DNA of 64,000 bases from an uncultured Desulfarculus sp. (GCA_963665125.2 CAXXUK010000001.1:1184001-1248000); one strand, 5' to 3'; numbered from the stretch's first letter, positions 26,590-37,253 are shown. The notes: generated by a model from the sequence alone, not told the origin. Numbers and translations are program-made.

Positions 26590-27756
26590 CTAGAGACCCA
26601 GTCCGGCCAGCCTGTCCACGGCTTCCTGGAGCCGGGCCTCGTCAACGGTCAGTGCGAAACGGATGAATCCTTCTCCCGAGTCGCCGAAGCCATTGCCGGG
26701 CGTGGTGACCACACCGGCCTCCTGCAACAATTTTTTGGTCAGTTCGGTGCTGCTCATGCCGCCGGGCGTGGAGCACCACACATAGAACGTGGCCTTGGGG
26801 TTTTCCACTTCCAGGCCAAGCTTCTGCAAACCGGCCACCAGCACGTCCCGGCGTCCGGTGTACAGCTTTATCATGTCGGCCACGCACTGCTGGCTGCCGG
26901 TCAGAGCGGTGATTCCGGCCCACTGCACCGCGTCAAAGGCGCCCGAGTCGATCTGGCTCTTGACCTGGCCCAGTCCGCCGACCAATTCTGCGTTGCCAAC
27001 GGCCATGCCGATGCGCCAGCCGGTCATGTTATAGGTCTTGGACAGGCTGTGGAACTCGATGCCCACGTCCTTGGCACCCGGAACCTGCATGAAGCTGGGC
27101 GGCTTGTAGCCGTCAAAACCCATTTCGGTGTAGGCCGCGTCGGAAACGACGATTATCCCGTATTTCTTGGCAAAGGCCACGACCTTCTCATAAAATTCCA
27201 GGTCCGCGCAGGCCGCCGTGGGGTTGTTGGGGTAGTTGATGACCATGACTTTGGCCTTTTGAGCCAAGGTGGGGTCGATGCCGTCCAGATCCGGTAAAAA
27301 ACCGTTCTTCTTGAGCAGGGGCATGTCAACCGGCTCGCCGCCTGCCAGGATCGTGGAGCCCTTGTAAACCGGATAGGCCGGGCTGGGCACCAGAACCACG
27401 TCGCCGGGATTGACAAAGGCAAACGGAAAATGGGCGATGCCCTCCTTGGAGCCGATGAGGGTGATCACTTCCTTGGAAGGCACCAGGTCCACGTCAAAAC
27501 GGCTCTTGTACCAGTCGGCGGCAACCTCGCGGAATTTACCCATGCCCGAATAGGCCGGATACTTATGGGTAGCCGGATTATTCGTGGCTTTGGCCAATGA
27601 ATCGATAATATGCTGCGGGGTGGGCTTGTCCGGGTCGCCGACGCCCAGATCAATGATATCCACACCCCTGGCCTTGACTTCGTCACGCAGGCGGTCCAGC
27701 TCCTGGAACAGATATGGTGGTAGTTTCCGAAGGCGCTCCGCGCGCTGAATATTCAT
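26590..27756 (-). CDS. dapL: LL-diaminopimelate aminotransferase
   Basis: LPPYLF, DLGVGDPD, LIGSKEG, NYPNNPT, EFHSLSKTYNMTGWRIG; located within the dap cluster. Confidence 0.88.
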   Translation of the reverse strand: MNIQRAERLRKLPPYLFQELDRLRDEVKARGVDIIDLGVGDPDKPTPQHIIDSLAKATNNPATHKYPAYSGMGKFREVAADWYKSRFDVDLVPSKEVITLIGSKEGIAHFPFAFVNPGDVVLVPSPAYPVYKGSTILAGGEPVDMPLLKKNGFLPDLDGIDPTLAQKAKVMVINYPNNPTAACADLEFYEKVVAFAKKYGIIVVSDAAYTEMGFDGYKPPSFMQVPGAKDVGIEFHSLSKTYNMTGWRIGMAVGNAELVGGLGQVKSQIDSGAFDAVQWAGITALTGSQQCVADMIKLYTGRRDVLVAGLQKLGLEVENPKATFYVWCSTPGGMSSTELTKKLLQEAGVVTTPGNGFGDSGEGFIRFALTVDEARLQEAVDRLAGLGL

Positions 27757-27766
27757 CCTAAACCCC

Positions 27767-28564
27767 TTATTTCCTTACCGGATTTATCAGGCTTCCTATT
27801 GCCTGCACTTCAACCGTAACCACCTCGCCGTCAGCCAACGGACCAATTCCCGAGGGCGTTCCCGTGGCGATGACATCGCCGGGCGCCAGAGTCATGACCT
27901 GGCTTATGAATGAAACCAGCTTGGCGGCCGAAAAAATCAAATCAGATGTGTGGCCGTCCTGACGAACTTGGCCGTCCACCAGGGTCCGCACCTGAAGGCC
28001 GCCGGGTTCGATATCCTGGGCAATGACCGGTCCGATGGGACAAAAAGTATCAAAGCCCTTGGCCCTGGTGAACTGGCCGTCTTTGGCTTGCAGATCCCTG
28101 GCCGTCACGTCGTTTAGACAGGTATAACCCAGAATATATTCCTTGGCCTGGACAGGGCTGACGCCCTTGCATTTGCGGCCGATGACCACGCCCAGTTCGC
28201 ACTCGTAATCCACCCGTTTGCTCATGGGGGTGAGCCTGATGGCCTCGCCCGGACCGACGACCGAAGTCGACGGCTTCATGAACAGCATTGGCTCTTCGGG
28301 CAGGTCCATGCCCATTTCCTTGGCGTGGCTTTTGTAGTTTAGCCCTACGGCCACGACCTTGGACGGACGGCAAGGAGCCAGCAGACGCACGTCGTTGAGC
28401 GGCAGGATCGTCGATCCGGGTTTGCCGCCCGTGAACGGCGAACCGTCATAGGCCCGCACGATGCCGTTTTTGACCTGGCCGTAGCCGACCTTGCCCTGGT
28501 AGCTGAAACGGATTATGCCCGTTTCGGCCTTGATTAATTCACTATTTTTGGGCTGTTGGCTCAT
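27767..28564 (-). CDS. fumarylacetoacetate hydrolase family protein
   Basis: SKVVAVGLNY, FMKP, DYECEL, NDVTARD, KGFDTFCP, GDVIATGTP. Confidence 0.9.
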   Translation of the reverse strand: MSQQPKNSELIKAETGIIRFSYQGKVGYGQVKNGIVRAYDGSPFTGGKPGSTILPLNDVRLLAPCRPSKVVAVGLNYKSHAKEMGMDLPEEPMLFMKPSTSVVGPGEAIRLTPMSKRVDYECELGVVIGRKCKGVSPVQAKEYILGYTCLNDVTARDLQAKDGQFTRAKGFDTFCPIGPVIAQDIEPGGLQVRTLVDGQVRQDGHTSDLIFSAAKLVSFISQVMTLAPGDVIATGTPSGIGPLADGEVVTVEVQAIGSLINPVRK

Positions 28565-29367
28565 TTCTTCAATCCCAGGACGTCCTGCATGTCATACAGC
28601 CCGGCCGGTTTGTCATTGAGCCACAGGGCCGCCCTAACCGCGCCGCCGGCAAAGGTGTCGCGGGAATGGGCCCGGTGGGTCAACTCGATGCGCTCGCCCT
28701 GACCGATGTAAAACACCGTGTGGTCGCCGACGATGTCGCCGCCGCGGATGACGCCCACGCCGATCTGTTCCTTGGGGCGTTCGCCGGTCAGGCCGCAACG
28801 CCCGTGAGCGCAGACCTTTTCATAGTCCCAACCCCTGGCCGCGCACATTTCCTTGAGAAGCCGCACGGCCGAACCGCTAGGCGCGTCCTTTTTCTGATCG
28901 TGATGGGCCTCGATGAGCTCCAGGGCGTAATCCAGCCCCAACACCTCGGCGATCATGCCCACGAGCTTGAACATAAGATTCATGCCCACGCTCATGTTCG
29001 GCGCGAAGACGATGGGCGTCTTTTTACCCAACTCAACCAGGGTTTGGTTTTGGCTCAGATCAAGTCCCGTGGTGCCGATGACGATCTTTTTGCCGTTTTC
29101 GGCGCACCACTTGGCGTTGTTAAGCGAAACCTGGGGGGCCGTGAAGTCGATGAGCACGTCGGCCTGGGCCATGGCCTGGGCCAGGTTGTCGGCAACAATT
29201 CCTTCCGCGCCGGATACACCGGCGGTCTCGGCAATGGTCTTGCCAATGGCCGGATGACCGGGAGCCTCGATGCCCCCGGTCAATTCGGCGTTATCATTGA
29301 ACTTGACGGCCCTGGCAATTGCGTTGCCCATGCGGCCGGCAATACCGGCCACGGCTATGCGAACCAT
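28561..29367 (-). CDS. dapB: 4-hydroxy-tetrahydrodipicolinate reductase
   Basis: GIAGRMG, IDFT, IGTTG, APNMSVG, EAHHDQKKDAPSG, RDTFAGGA. Confidence 0.95.
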   Translation of the reverse strand: MVRIAVAGIAGRMGNAIARAVKFNDNAELTGGIEAPGHPAIGKTIAETAGVSGAEGIVADNLAQAMAQADVLIDFTAPQVSLNNAKWCAENGKKIVIGTTGLDLSQNQTLVELGKKTPIVFAPNMSVGMNLMFKLVGMIAEVLGLDYALELIEAHHDQKKDAPSGSAVRLLKEMCAARGWDYEKVCAHGRCGLTGERPKEQIGVGVIRGGDIVGDHTVFYIGQGERIELTHRAHSRDTFAGGAVRAALWLNDKPAGLYDMQDVLGLKK

Positions 29368-29379
29368 GGAAGCCCTCCC

Positions 29380-30255
29380 TTACAAAAGACCGTAGGCGGT
29401 CAAGGCCTCTTGGAGCTTGGCCCGGTTGGCGGCGCTCATGGGACACATGGGCAAGCGCATCTCGTCGCTGGGGATGCGGCCAACCATGGCCATGGCCGTC
29501 TTGACCGGGATGGGGTTGGTCTCGATGAACATGGCCTTTACCAAGGGCAGCAGCTTGTAAAAACGCTCTTGGGCCAGTGCCACGTCGCCGGCGTCCCAGG
29601 CGGCGATAACATCGGCCACATCCCTGGGCACGATGTTGTTGACCACGCTGATCACGCCCTTGCCGCCGATGGCCAATAGAGGCAGCAACATGGCGTCGTC
29701 GCCGGAAAGCACATTCATCTTGTCACCGCAAAGACGGTATACGTCGGCCATCTGGTTGATGTCGCCCGAGGCCTCCTTGACCGCCACCACCTCGGGCAAC
29801 TGGGCGATGCGCACCATGGTCGGAGTTTCGACGTTGATGGCCGTGCGGCCCTTGATATTGTAGGGCACCAGGGGGAACTTGGTCGCCTCGGCAATGGCCT
29901 TGAAATGCAGGTACAGGCCCTCCTGGGTGGGCTTGTTGTAATACGGAGCTATGAGCAGGGCCGCGTCGGCGCCGATCTGCTTGGCGTACAGAGTCAGTTC
30001 GATGGCCTCGGCGGTGTTGTTGGAGCCCGTTCCGGCCACGACCGGTATACGGCCGCCAACCTGATCCACCACGGCCTTGATCACCTGGCGGTGTTCGTCG
30101 TGAGTCAGCGTTGCCGACTCGCCGGTGGTGCCGCAGGGCACGATGCCGTTGGTGCCGTTTTCAATATGGAACTCAACCAGCTCACGCAAAGTGTTCTCGT
30201 CCACCTTGCCGCCGGTAAACGGAGTGACGAGCGCCACCAATGAACCCTTGAGCAT
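29380..30255 (-). CDS. dapA: 4-hydroxy-tetrahydrodipicolinate synthase
   Basis: ALVTPF, GTTGES, PYYNKP, YN..GRT, KEASG, SGDD, TNPIPVK. Confidence 0.96.
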   Translation of the reverse strand: MLKGSLVALVTPFTGGKVDENTLRELVEFHIENGTNGIVPCGTTGESATLTHDEHRQVIKAVVDQVGGRIPVVAGTGSNNTAEAIELTLYAKQIGADAALLIAPYYNKPTQEGLYLHFKAIAEATKFPLVPYNIKGRTAINVETPTMVRIAQLPEVVAVKEASGDINQMADVYRLCGDKMNVLSGDDAMLLPLLAIGGKGVISVVNNIVPRDVADVIAAWDAGDVALAQERFYKLLPLVKAMFIETNPIPVKTAMAMVGRIPSDEMRLPMCPMSAANRAKLQEALTAYGLL

Positions 30256-30266
30256 TTTTTTCTCCT

Positions 30267-31145
30267 TTAGTTGTCCAGCCAGGCAAAGGCCCCCTGGTCC
30301 AGCACGCCCTCGTATACGATATGGGCCGCGCCCTCCAAGAAAACCTCGCCGGAGTTGTTTTCGTCTTGATTAAAGTAAATCGTCAGTTCTTCGCCGCTGG
30401 CGACGTCCACCTTGACCGGAGATTTCAGCCAGCCCCGGCGGCCGGCGACCAAAGCTGATGCTACAGCTCCGGTACCGCAGGCCAGGGTCTCACCCTCCAC
30501 CCCGCGCTCATAGGTGCGCACTTTTAACCGCCCGTTTTGGGCGGCTATAAAGTTGACGTTTGTCCCGGCTGGTTGAAAATGTTCATGGAAGCGCACGGTT
30601 CGGCCAATGCCGTCCACATCGGCGGAGGCAAGGTCGTCCATCGGAATCACCGCGTGGGGCACTCCGGTATTTACGCCGTCCATGACCATCATCTCTCCGC
30701 CCACATCCAACCCAAGGTTTTCATAGGCGTCTTGGGGCTTGCTCATTTCCAACTTGACGATTATGCCGTCGACCCAGGCCCGGATGGGCCCGGCAATGGT
30801 GTCGAAAACCATCTCCGGGCCGGCCAGGCCGATCTGCACGGCATAACGGGCTGCGCAACGGCCGCCATTGCCGCACATCTCCGCCGATGAGCCGTCGGCA
30901 TTGTAGAAATCCCATCGGAAATCAATCTTTCCGAATTTAGAATCCACTCTATCGCTGGGACTGAGCAAAATCAAGCCGTCGGCGCCAACCGAGCGCCTGC
31001 GGCAACACACCGCCCGGGCAAATTCGGACATCAGTTCCGGCGGAATCTGGGCCCGGCGGTTGTCCATCAGGATAAAGTCATTGCCCGTGCCGGTCATCTT
31101 GACGAAATTCAAGCCGGCGAAGGCACTTAAGCTAGCAGAAGACAT
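30267..31145 (-). CDS. dapF: diaminopimelate epimerase
   Basis: KMTGTGNDF, VGADG, EMCGNGGRC, GVPH, ERGVEGETLACGTGA. Confidence 0.96.
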   Translation of the reverse strand: MSSASLSAFAGLNFVKMTGTGNDFILMDNRRAQIPPELMSEFARAVCCRRRSVGADGLILLSPSDRVDSKFGKIDFRWDFYNADGSSAEMCGNGGRCAARYAVQIGLAGPEMVFDTIAGPIRAWVDGIIVKLEMSKPQDAYENLGLDVGGEMMVMDGVNTGVPHAVIPMDDLASADVDGIGRTVRFHEHFQPAGTNVNFIAAQNGRLKVRTYERGVEGETLACGTGAVASALVAGRRGWLKSPVKVDVASGEELTIYFNQDENNSGEVFLEGAAHIVYEGVLDQGAFAWLDN

Positions 31146-31159
31146 AATCTCTCAACCCG

Positions 31160-32422
31160 TCAGACCATCCAGGGGGCCAGTTGCTCACCCCGGCTAAGAT
31201 CATCAATGGTCTCGCGGCGGCGCACAATGGCCCATCGGTCACCGTTTACCATGACTTCAACGGCCCGGGGGCGGCTGTTGTACTGACTGCTCATGGAAAA
31301 ACCATAGGCGCCCGCGCTTAAAAAAGCCATGTCGTCACCGCGCTTGAAGTCCGGAATCTCGCGCTCTTTGACCAGGAAATCGCCGGATTCGCAAATGCCG
31401 CCCACAATATCGGCCTCGACCATGCGCCCTTGGGCCAGGTTTTGCTCCAAAGGCAATACGCCGTGATACGAATCATAAAATGCCGGTCGCATCAGGTCGT
31501 TCATAGCCGCGTCCACCACCACGAAGTGCTTGGCCGGGGTGGTCTTGGTATAGAGCACCTGGGTCAGCAGCACTCCGGCGTTGCCCACCAGACGGCGGCC
31601 CGGCTCCAGTATGGGTTTCAAGCCGGTCTTGGCCAGCAGAGGCTTCAGCGCCGCGGCGTATTGCCCAGGCGTGGGCGGCCTTTCTTCATTGTACGTGATG
31701 CCAACGCCGCCACCCAAGTCAATCATCTCCAAATTGATGCCGACATCGGACAGCTTTTCCACCAATGCTGCCAATCTTTGCAGGGCGTCGGCAAAGGGCT
31801 GCACATCGGTGAGCTGGCTGCCGATGTGACAGTCAATGCCCTTGATGGCCAGATTGGGCATCTTGGCGGCTCGCTGATATTGCTCAAAGGCCAGATCCAT
31901 GTCCATGCCGAACTTGTTCTTGGCCAACCCCGTGGTGATCTTGGGGTGGGTTTTGGCGTCGACGTCCGGATTGACCCTGATACTGATGGGGGCCTTGAGC
32001 CCCATTGTTCCGGCCACCTCATCCAGAACATCTAGTTCCTGGGCGCTTTCCACGTTGAACATGAGGATGCCGGCTTCCAGGGCTGCTTCGATCTCCCAGT
32101 CCTGTTTGCCCACGCCGGAGTAAACAATGCGCTCCGGCGGCACTCCCGCGGCCAAGGCCCGGGCCAATTCGCCGCCGCTGACGATATCGGTGCCTCCGCC
32201 CAGGTTGGCGAAGGTGCTGATCACCGCCTTGTTGCTGTTGGACTTGATGGAAACGCATATCAAGGCATCGGTGCCCTCAAAGGCTTCTTGAAAGGACTTG
32301 AATTCATCTTCAAGGGCCTTTTGCGAGTACACGAACGCCGGAGTGCCCACCTCGGCCGCCAATTCGGCCAGGTTCACGCCCTCGGCATGAAGGATGCCGT
32401 CTATATATTCAAAATAGCTCAT
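31160..32422 (-). CDS. lysA: diaminopimelate decarboxylase
   Basis: IKSNSN, DIVSGGE, SGVGK, KFG, HIGSQ, DLGGG, EPGR, ICESGD, GAYG, YNSRPR. Confidence 0.95.
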   Translation of the reverse strand: MSYFEYIDGILHAEGVNLAELAAEVGTPAFVYSQKALEDEFKSFQEAFEGTDALICVSIKSNSNKAVISTFANLGGGTDIVSGGELARALAAGVPPERIVYSGVGKQDWEIEAALEAGILMFNVESAQELDVLDEVAGTMGLKAPISIRVNPDVDAKTHPKITTGLAKNKFGMDMDLAFEQYQRAAKMPNLAIKGIDCHIGSQLTDVQPFADALQRLAALVEKLSDVGINLEMIDLGGGVGITYNEERPPTPGQYAAALKPLLAKTGLKPILEPGRRLVGNAGVLLTQVLYTKTTPAKHFVVVDAAMNDLMRPAFYDSYHGVLPLEQNLAQGRMVEADIVGGICESGDFLVKEREIPDFKRGDDMAFLSAGAYGFSMSSQYNSRPRAVEVMVNGDRWAIVRRRETIDDLSRGEQLAPWMV

Positions 32423-32551
32423 GATATAGCCGGGCCACAATATGTGCCAGTTGAAGCAACCCGCGACAGCGGATTCTATGATTTCCGCTGTCACGGGTTG
32501 GATTAATCTAAACAACTCACGGGCGAAATCGCCCAATATTTTATTTTACTA

Positions 32552-33637
32552 TCAGCGGCCTATTTCCACCACTTCGCTGAACTCACTTGCATTGCCGCTG
32601 GAGTCTATGGCCTGCACGCGGTAGAGATAGGTTTCGCCCTTTTCCGCGCCGCTGTCAGTGTACGACTTGTCCACAATCAGTTCCTGGCTGATCTGAACCC
32701 AGGAAGAATCCGGGCCCTTGAGTTTGCGATAAATCACATAGCCTTCAACATCTTTGTCCGGGCTGGGGCTGAAGCTGATGAACGCACCTTCTTCCTGGGA
32801 TATGCCGCGCATGTCCTCCGGCGGAGCCGGTTTCTCGGTGTCCTTGGGCATAACGTTGACCGTTTCGGAGAAATTTCCTCCGGCTAAGGTCTTTTCGATT
32901 TTCCGCACCGCCTGCACCTTGTAGGCGTAGTTTTTGCCCTTTCTAACGGTCTTATCGATGAAAGTAAGCTCCTTCAGGGGCGCCATGTTCAATTGGCGTT
33001 CCTGGGGACCCAACTGGGGGTCTACCGCTTCGGACGTACGCCAGATAAAGTAGCCCACAATATCTTCGGCGGCGGCGCCTGTGGCCATGGTCGTGACCTC
33101 CTGCCACTCCAACTCGACTTCCGTCTCGGAGACCTTGGCCTTCAGTCCTGCCGGAGCCGCAGCCGGACCAACCCGGTACGCCCTGACCGGCGCGGAAATG
33201 TCGCTGATTCTGCCGTCAAGGTCGATGAGCACCACGCGGTAAACCGACTGCTTGTTCATGGGCGCGTCGGTATCCAAATAGGCGAAACGGCCACCCTCCA
33301 TCAGCTTGGCGGTCTGAGGGGTCTGGGCCTTAAGGTTGAACTGGTGGAACTCCGTGAGCTTTGGCGGACACGGCGGACAATCCGGGTTGCCACCCAGGGG
33401 CAGGTAACCATAGTATAGTTTGACCAGTTCAATGGCCTGACTGGGTCTTTCGCCCTCGGGCACGGTGAACGACACCCGCACGCCGTCTGCCTCAACTTCC
33501 GCCGTCATGTCCATCACCTCTGCCGGTTTAATCTCTGACCGGGCGGTGGGCGGAGCTTTCACGCCGCAACCAGCTGTAAAAATAGCCGCAACGAGAACCA
33601 ACGACAGGCCCGCAATGAACCTCAACCTAATGGCCAT
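32552..33637 (-). CDS. lipoprotein with fibronectin type III-like domains
   Basis: Lipobox TAGC followed by GVKAPP; FN3 signatures (LEW, GY.I.R, FIDKTV..GKNYAYKVQAV, YTDSG..GETYLYRVQAID..GN.S). Confidence 0.82.
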   Translation of the reverse strand: MAIRLRFIAGLSLVLVAAIFTAGCGVKAPPTARSEIKPAEVMDMTAEVEADGVRVSFTVPEGERPSQAIELVKLYYGYLPLGGNPDCPPCPPKLTEFHQFNLKAQTPQTAKLMEGGRFAYLDTDAPMNKQSVYRVVLIDLDGRISDISAPVRAYRVGPAAAPAGLKAKVSETEVELEWQEVTTMATGAAAEDIVGYFIWRTSEAVDPQLGPQERQLNMAPLKELTFIDKTVRKGKNYAYKVQAVRKIEKTLAGGNFSETVNVMPKDTEKPAPPEDMRGISQEEGAFISFSPSPDKDVEGYVIYRKLKGPDSSWVQISQELIVDKSYTDSGAEKGETYLYRVQAIDSSGNASEFSEVVEIGR

Positions 33638-35040
33638 AAGCGTTTCCTCGCCTCCTCAAGAGCAAAATTCACGTTGGCCCTGGCCGTAGCGCCGGGGCTG
33701 GTGCGCCGGTCCACCGCCCTCTGTGGATCAAGGGCGTCAAAGACCGTCTCATCGACCGTTATATCATGACCCGAGCACAACTCGCGAATTTCTTCCAACC
33801 CAAGTTGCTCAAGGGCGCAATCTTTTTTCTCGGCCAGGCGCACGGCCAGGCCGGTGATCTCGTGGGCCTTGCGGAAAGGCACTCCCCTTCCGGCCAAATA
33901 ATCGGCCAGTTCCGTGGCGTTGAGGAACCCGCCGCGCACGGCCAGGGCCATGCGGTCGGTGTTGACCTTAATGCCGTCCAAAAGCGGAGCCAAGACCCGC
34001 AGGCAGTCCATGACCGTATCGAACGCGTCGAACACCGGCTCCTTGTCTTCCTGCATATCCTTGTTATAGGCCAGAGGAAGACCCTTGAGCACGGTCAGGA
34101 TACTCACCAGGTCGCCGAGGACCCTGCCCGTCTTGCCCCGGATCAATTCAGCCGCGTCGGGGTTCTTTTTCTGGGGCATGATCGAAGAACCCGTGGAAAA
34201 GGCGTCCGACAGCGTCACGAATCCGAATTCGCTGCTGGACCAGATGATCAGTTCCTCGGCCAGCCGCGACAGATGGACCTGCAACAGTCCTAACACAAAG
34301 ATGAACTCGGCTGCAAAGTCTCTGTCGCTCACCGCGTCCATGGAATTGGCAAAAGCGCCCTTGAAGCCCAGTTGCCCGGCGGTGAACGGCGGATCGAGGG
34401 GGAACGTGGTGCCGGCCAGGGCCGCGGCCCCCAGAGGCATGATGGCAGTGCGCCCCAAACAATCGGCCAGACGGGCGCGGTCCCGCCAGGCCATCTCCAC
34501 ATAGGCCAACAGGTGATGGGCCAAAACCACGGGCTGGGCCCGCTGCAAATGCGTATAGCCGGGCATCAGCGTATCGACGTTCTTTTCGGCAAGGCGCACC
34601 AGGGCCCTCTGATACTCCAGCAGGGCCTTGTCCAGGCTTCGGCCCTCATCCATGACCCACAGGCGCAGGTCAGTGGCCACCTGGTCGTTGCGGGAGCGTC
34701 CGGTGTGCAGGCGGCCCGCCGCCGCGCCGATGATCTCGGCCAGGCGTCCCTCCACATGGGTGTGGATGTCCTCGAGGTCAAGCCGCCACTGCATTTTGCC
34801 GGCCTCCACCTCGTCCAGAACCTGATCCAGTCCCTTTTGGATGGCCGCCTCGTCCTCGGGCGAAAGTATGCCCTGCCGAGCCAGCATGGCCGCATGGGCC
34901 TTGGAACCGGTGATGTCCTGGCGGTAGAGCCGCTTGTCAAAGCTGATGGAGGCGTTGAGCCGCTCCATCAACTCGTGGGTGCCTTCCTCGAACCGGCCTC
35001 CCCAAAGCTTATTTTCCGTCTTTTCGGCCACTTTACGCAA
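33622..35040 (-). CDS. argH: argininosuccinate lyase
   Basis: LWGGRF, EDIH, HTGRSRNDQ, GYTHLQRAQP, TGSSIMPQKKNPD. Confidence 0.97.
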   Translation of the reverse strand: MRKVAEKTENKLWGGRFEEGTHELMERLNASISFDKRLYRQDITGSKAHAAMLARQGILSPEDEAAIQKGLDQVLDEVEAGKMQWRLDLEDIHTHVEGRLAEIIGAAAGRLHTGRSRNDQVATDLRLWVMDEGRSLDKALLEYQRALVRLAEKNVDTLMPGYTHLQRAQPVVLAHHLLAYVEMAWRDRARLADCLGRTAIMPLGAAALAGTTFPLDPPFTAGQLGFKGAFANSMDAVSDRDFAAEFIFVLGLLQVHLSRLAEELIIWSSSEFGFVTLSDAFSTGSSIMPQKKNPDAAELIRGKTGRVLGDLVSILTVLKGLPLAYNKDMQEDKEPVFDAFDTVMDCLRVLAPLLDGIKVNTDRMALAVRGGFLNATELADYLAGRGVPFRKAHEITGLAVRLAEKKDCALEQLGLEEIRELCSGHDITVDETVFDALDPQRAVDRRTSPGATARANVNFALEEARKRLWPLG

Positions 35041-35064
35041 AAATTCCCCGTTTTGGTTCCAGAA

Positions 35065-36273
35065 CTACTTCATTGCGTCCAAGGCGTGGCGAATGCGCAG
35101 CCTCAGGCCGTTGAGCCTGATGAATCCGGTGGCGTCGGCCTGGTTGTACACAGTGTCGGCCTCGAACGTGGCAAAATCGGGCCGGTAGAGGCTGTTGGGC
35201 GACTGCCTGCCGGTGATGATCACATTGCCCTTGTACAGCTTGAGGCGCACCTGGCCCTTTACCGGGGCCGCGGCCTGGTCCATCAGCGATTGCAGAAGCT
35301 GGCGCTCCGGGCTGAACCAGTAGCCGTTGTAGATCAGTTCGGCGTACTTAATCACCAGGCTGTCGCGCATGTGCAGGACCTCGCGGTCCAGGCACAGGCT
35401 CTCCATGGCCAGGCGTGCGTGACGCAGGATGGTGCCGCCGGGGGTCTCGTACACGCCGCGGCTCTTCATACCAACGTAGCGGTTTTCCACAAGATCCACC
35501 CTGCCCACGCCGTGCTTTCCGCCCAGTTCGTTGAGGCGCTGGAGCATGGCCGCCGGGGTCAGTTTTTCACCGTCTACGGCCACCGCGTCACCGGCCTCGA
35601 AATTAATTACGATCTCCTCGGGCTGGTCCGGCGCAGCCTGGGGCGAAACGCTCAGGACGAACATGTCCTCGGGCGGCTCGGCCCAGGGGTCTTCCAAGAT
35701 GCCTCCCTCAAAGGAGATATGCAGCAAGTTGCGGTCGCTGGAGTACGGCTTTGCCTTGGTCACCGGCACGTGGATGTCGTTCTTTTTGGCATAGGCGATG
35801 AGCGACTCACGGGAATTGAGGTCCCAGATCCGCCAGGGGGCGATGATCTTGATCTCCGGGGCCAGGGCCTGGTAGCCAAGCTCGAAACGCACCTGGTCGT
35901 TGCCCTTGCCCGTGGCGCCGTGGCTCACCGCGTCGACGCCCTCGGCCTTGGCGATTTCGATCTGCCGTTTGGCAATCAGCGGCCTGGCGATGGAGGTTCC
36001 CAGCAGGTAGACGCTCTCATACAATGCGTTGGCCCGGAACATGGGGAACACGTAGTCCCGCACGAATTCCTCGCGCAGGTCGTCGATATAGACCTTGCTG
36101 GCCCCTGTCTTGATGGCCTTTTCCCGCACGGGCTCCAGCTCTTCGCCCTGGCCCAGGTCTGCGGCAAAGGCGATCACGTCGCATTGATACTTTTCCTGAA
36201 GCCACTTCAGGATAATCGAAGTATCCAGGCCGCCTGAGTAGGCCAGCACGATGCCCTTTAGCTTTTCAGTCAT
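35065..36273 (-). CDS. argG: argininosuccinate synthase
   Basis: [41 protein letters not shown]. Confidence 0.97.
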   Translation of the reverse strand: MTEKLKGIVLAYSGGLDTSIILKWLQEKYQCDVIAFAADLGQGEELEPVREKAIKTGASKVYIDDLREEFVRDYVFPMFRANALYESVYLLGTSIARPLIAKRQIEIAKAEGVDAVSHGATGKGNDQVRFELGYQALAPEIKIIAPWRIWDLNSRESLIAYAKKNDIHVPVTKAKPYSSDRNLLHISFEGGILEDPWAEPPEDMFVLSVSPQAAPDQPEEIVINFEAGDAVAVDGEKLTPAAMLQRLNELGGKHGVGRVDLVENRYVGMKSRGVYETPGGTILRHARLAMESLCLDREVLHMRDSLVIKYAELIYNGYWFSPERQLLQSLMDQAAAPVKGQVRLKLYKGNVIITGRQSPNSLYRPDFATFEADTVYNQADATGFIRLNGLRLRIRHALDAMK

Positions 36274-36311
36274 TTTCGCACCTAAAATTTTAGCAATATA
36301 TGCGTGTTGGT

Positions 36312-37238
36312 TTAATTGTTGTCGCCGATCAAGGCTTCCATGATCGCCTTTTGAATATGCAGTCTGTTTTCAGCCTGGTCCCACACAGCCGACTGGGGCC
36401 CCTCTATTACTTCGTCGGTGATCTCCTCACCCCGGTGGGCGGGCAGGCAATGCAGTACTATGGCATCATCAGCGGCCAAGGACAAGAGTTCCGCGTCCAC
36501 GCAGAATCCGTCAAAGACCTTGGCCCGGCTTCGGGCCTCGTCTTCCTGGCCCATGGAGGCCCAGACATCGGTGCTGATCACCGTGGCGTCCTCGATGGCC
36601 GCCTTGGGGTCTCTGGTCAGGATTATGTTGGCGCCCTTCAGCTTGGCGTGGGCCACGATTTCCGGATCCGGGTCATAGCCTTCGGGGCAGGCCAGGCGCA
36701 GTTCCAATTCCAGGGAGGCAGCGGCCTCGATCCAGGAGTGGGCCATGTTGTTGCCGTCGCCGATCCAGGCATACACCTGGCCTTGCACGTCGTCCTTGTA
36801 TTCCTGCACGGTTTGCAGATCGCCCAGCACCTGACAGGGATGATACAGGTCGGTCAGGGCGTTGATCACCGGCACGGAGCCGTAAAAGGCCAGGTCTTCC
36901 ACTATATCGTGACCATAGGTGCGCACCACGACGCCGTCCACGTAGCGGCTGAGCACCCTGGCCGTATCGGCGATGGGCTCGGAGCGCGACAACTGACTGT
37001 CCCTGGAGGCGATGAACAAGGCCTTGCCGCCAAGCTGAAACACGCCCGTCTCGAAAGAGACCCTGGTGCGGGTAGATGGCTTTTCAAAGATCATGGCCAC
37101 GCTTTTGTCGGCCAGGGGCCGGGGCCTGTCGCCCCTGCCCCAGCCGGCCTTCAGTTCCCTGGCCCTGGCCACCAGGCCCAGCACCTCGTCCGGACTAAGA
37201 TCTCTAATGCTTAACAAATGTTCTGTATTCAACTGCAT
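36312..37238 (-). CDS. argF: ornithine carbamoyltransferase
   Basis: [32 protein letters not shown]. Confidence 0.97.
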   Translation of the reverse strand: MQLNTEHLLSIRDLSPDEVLGLVARARELKAGWGRGDRPRPLADKSVAMIFEKPSTRTRVSFETGVFQLGGKALFIASRDSQLSRSEPIADTARVLSRYVDGVVVRTYGHDIVEDLAFYGSVPVINALTDLYHPCQVLGDLQTVQEYKDDVQGQVYAWIGDGNNMAHSWIEAAASLELELRLACPEGYDPDPEIVAHAKLKGANIILTRDPKAAIEDATVISTDVWASMGQEDEARSRAKVFDGFCVDAELLSLAADDAIVLHCLPAHRGEEITDEVIEGPQSAVWDQAENRLHIQKAIMEALIGDNN

Positions 37239-37253
37239 AGCAATGGTCCCATA

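Noticed and set aside
32423..32551. Lysine riboswitch upstream of lysA
   Set aside because: The spacer is only ~130 nt and lacks the L-box AGAGG-GC core.
34372..36237. 621-aa plus-strand ORF, and similar long shadows (28666-29679, 36300-37214, 48883-49929, 62960-63922, 5140-6123)
   Set aside because: These are antisense mirrors of well-conserved genes, expected from high-GC codon bias; they have no recognisable motifs.
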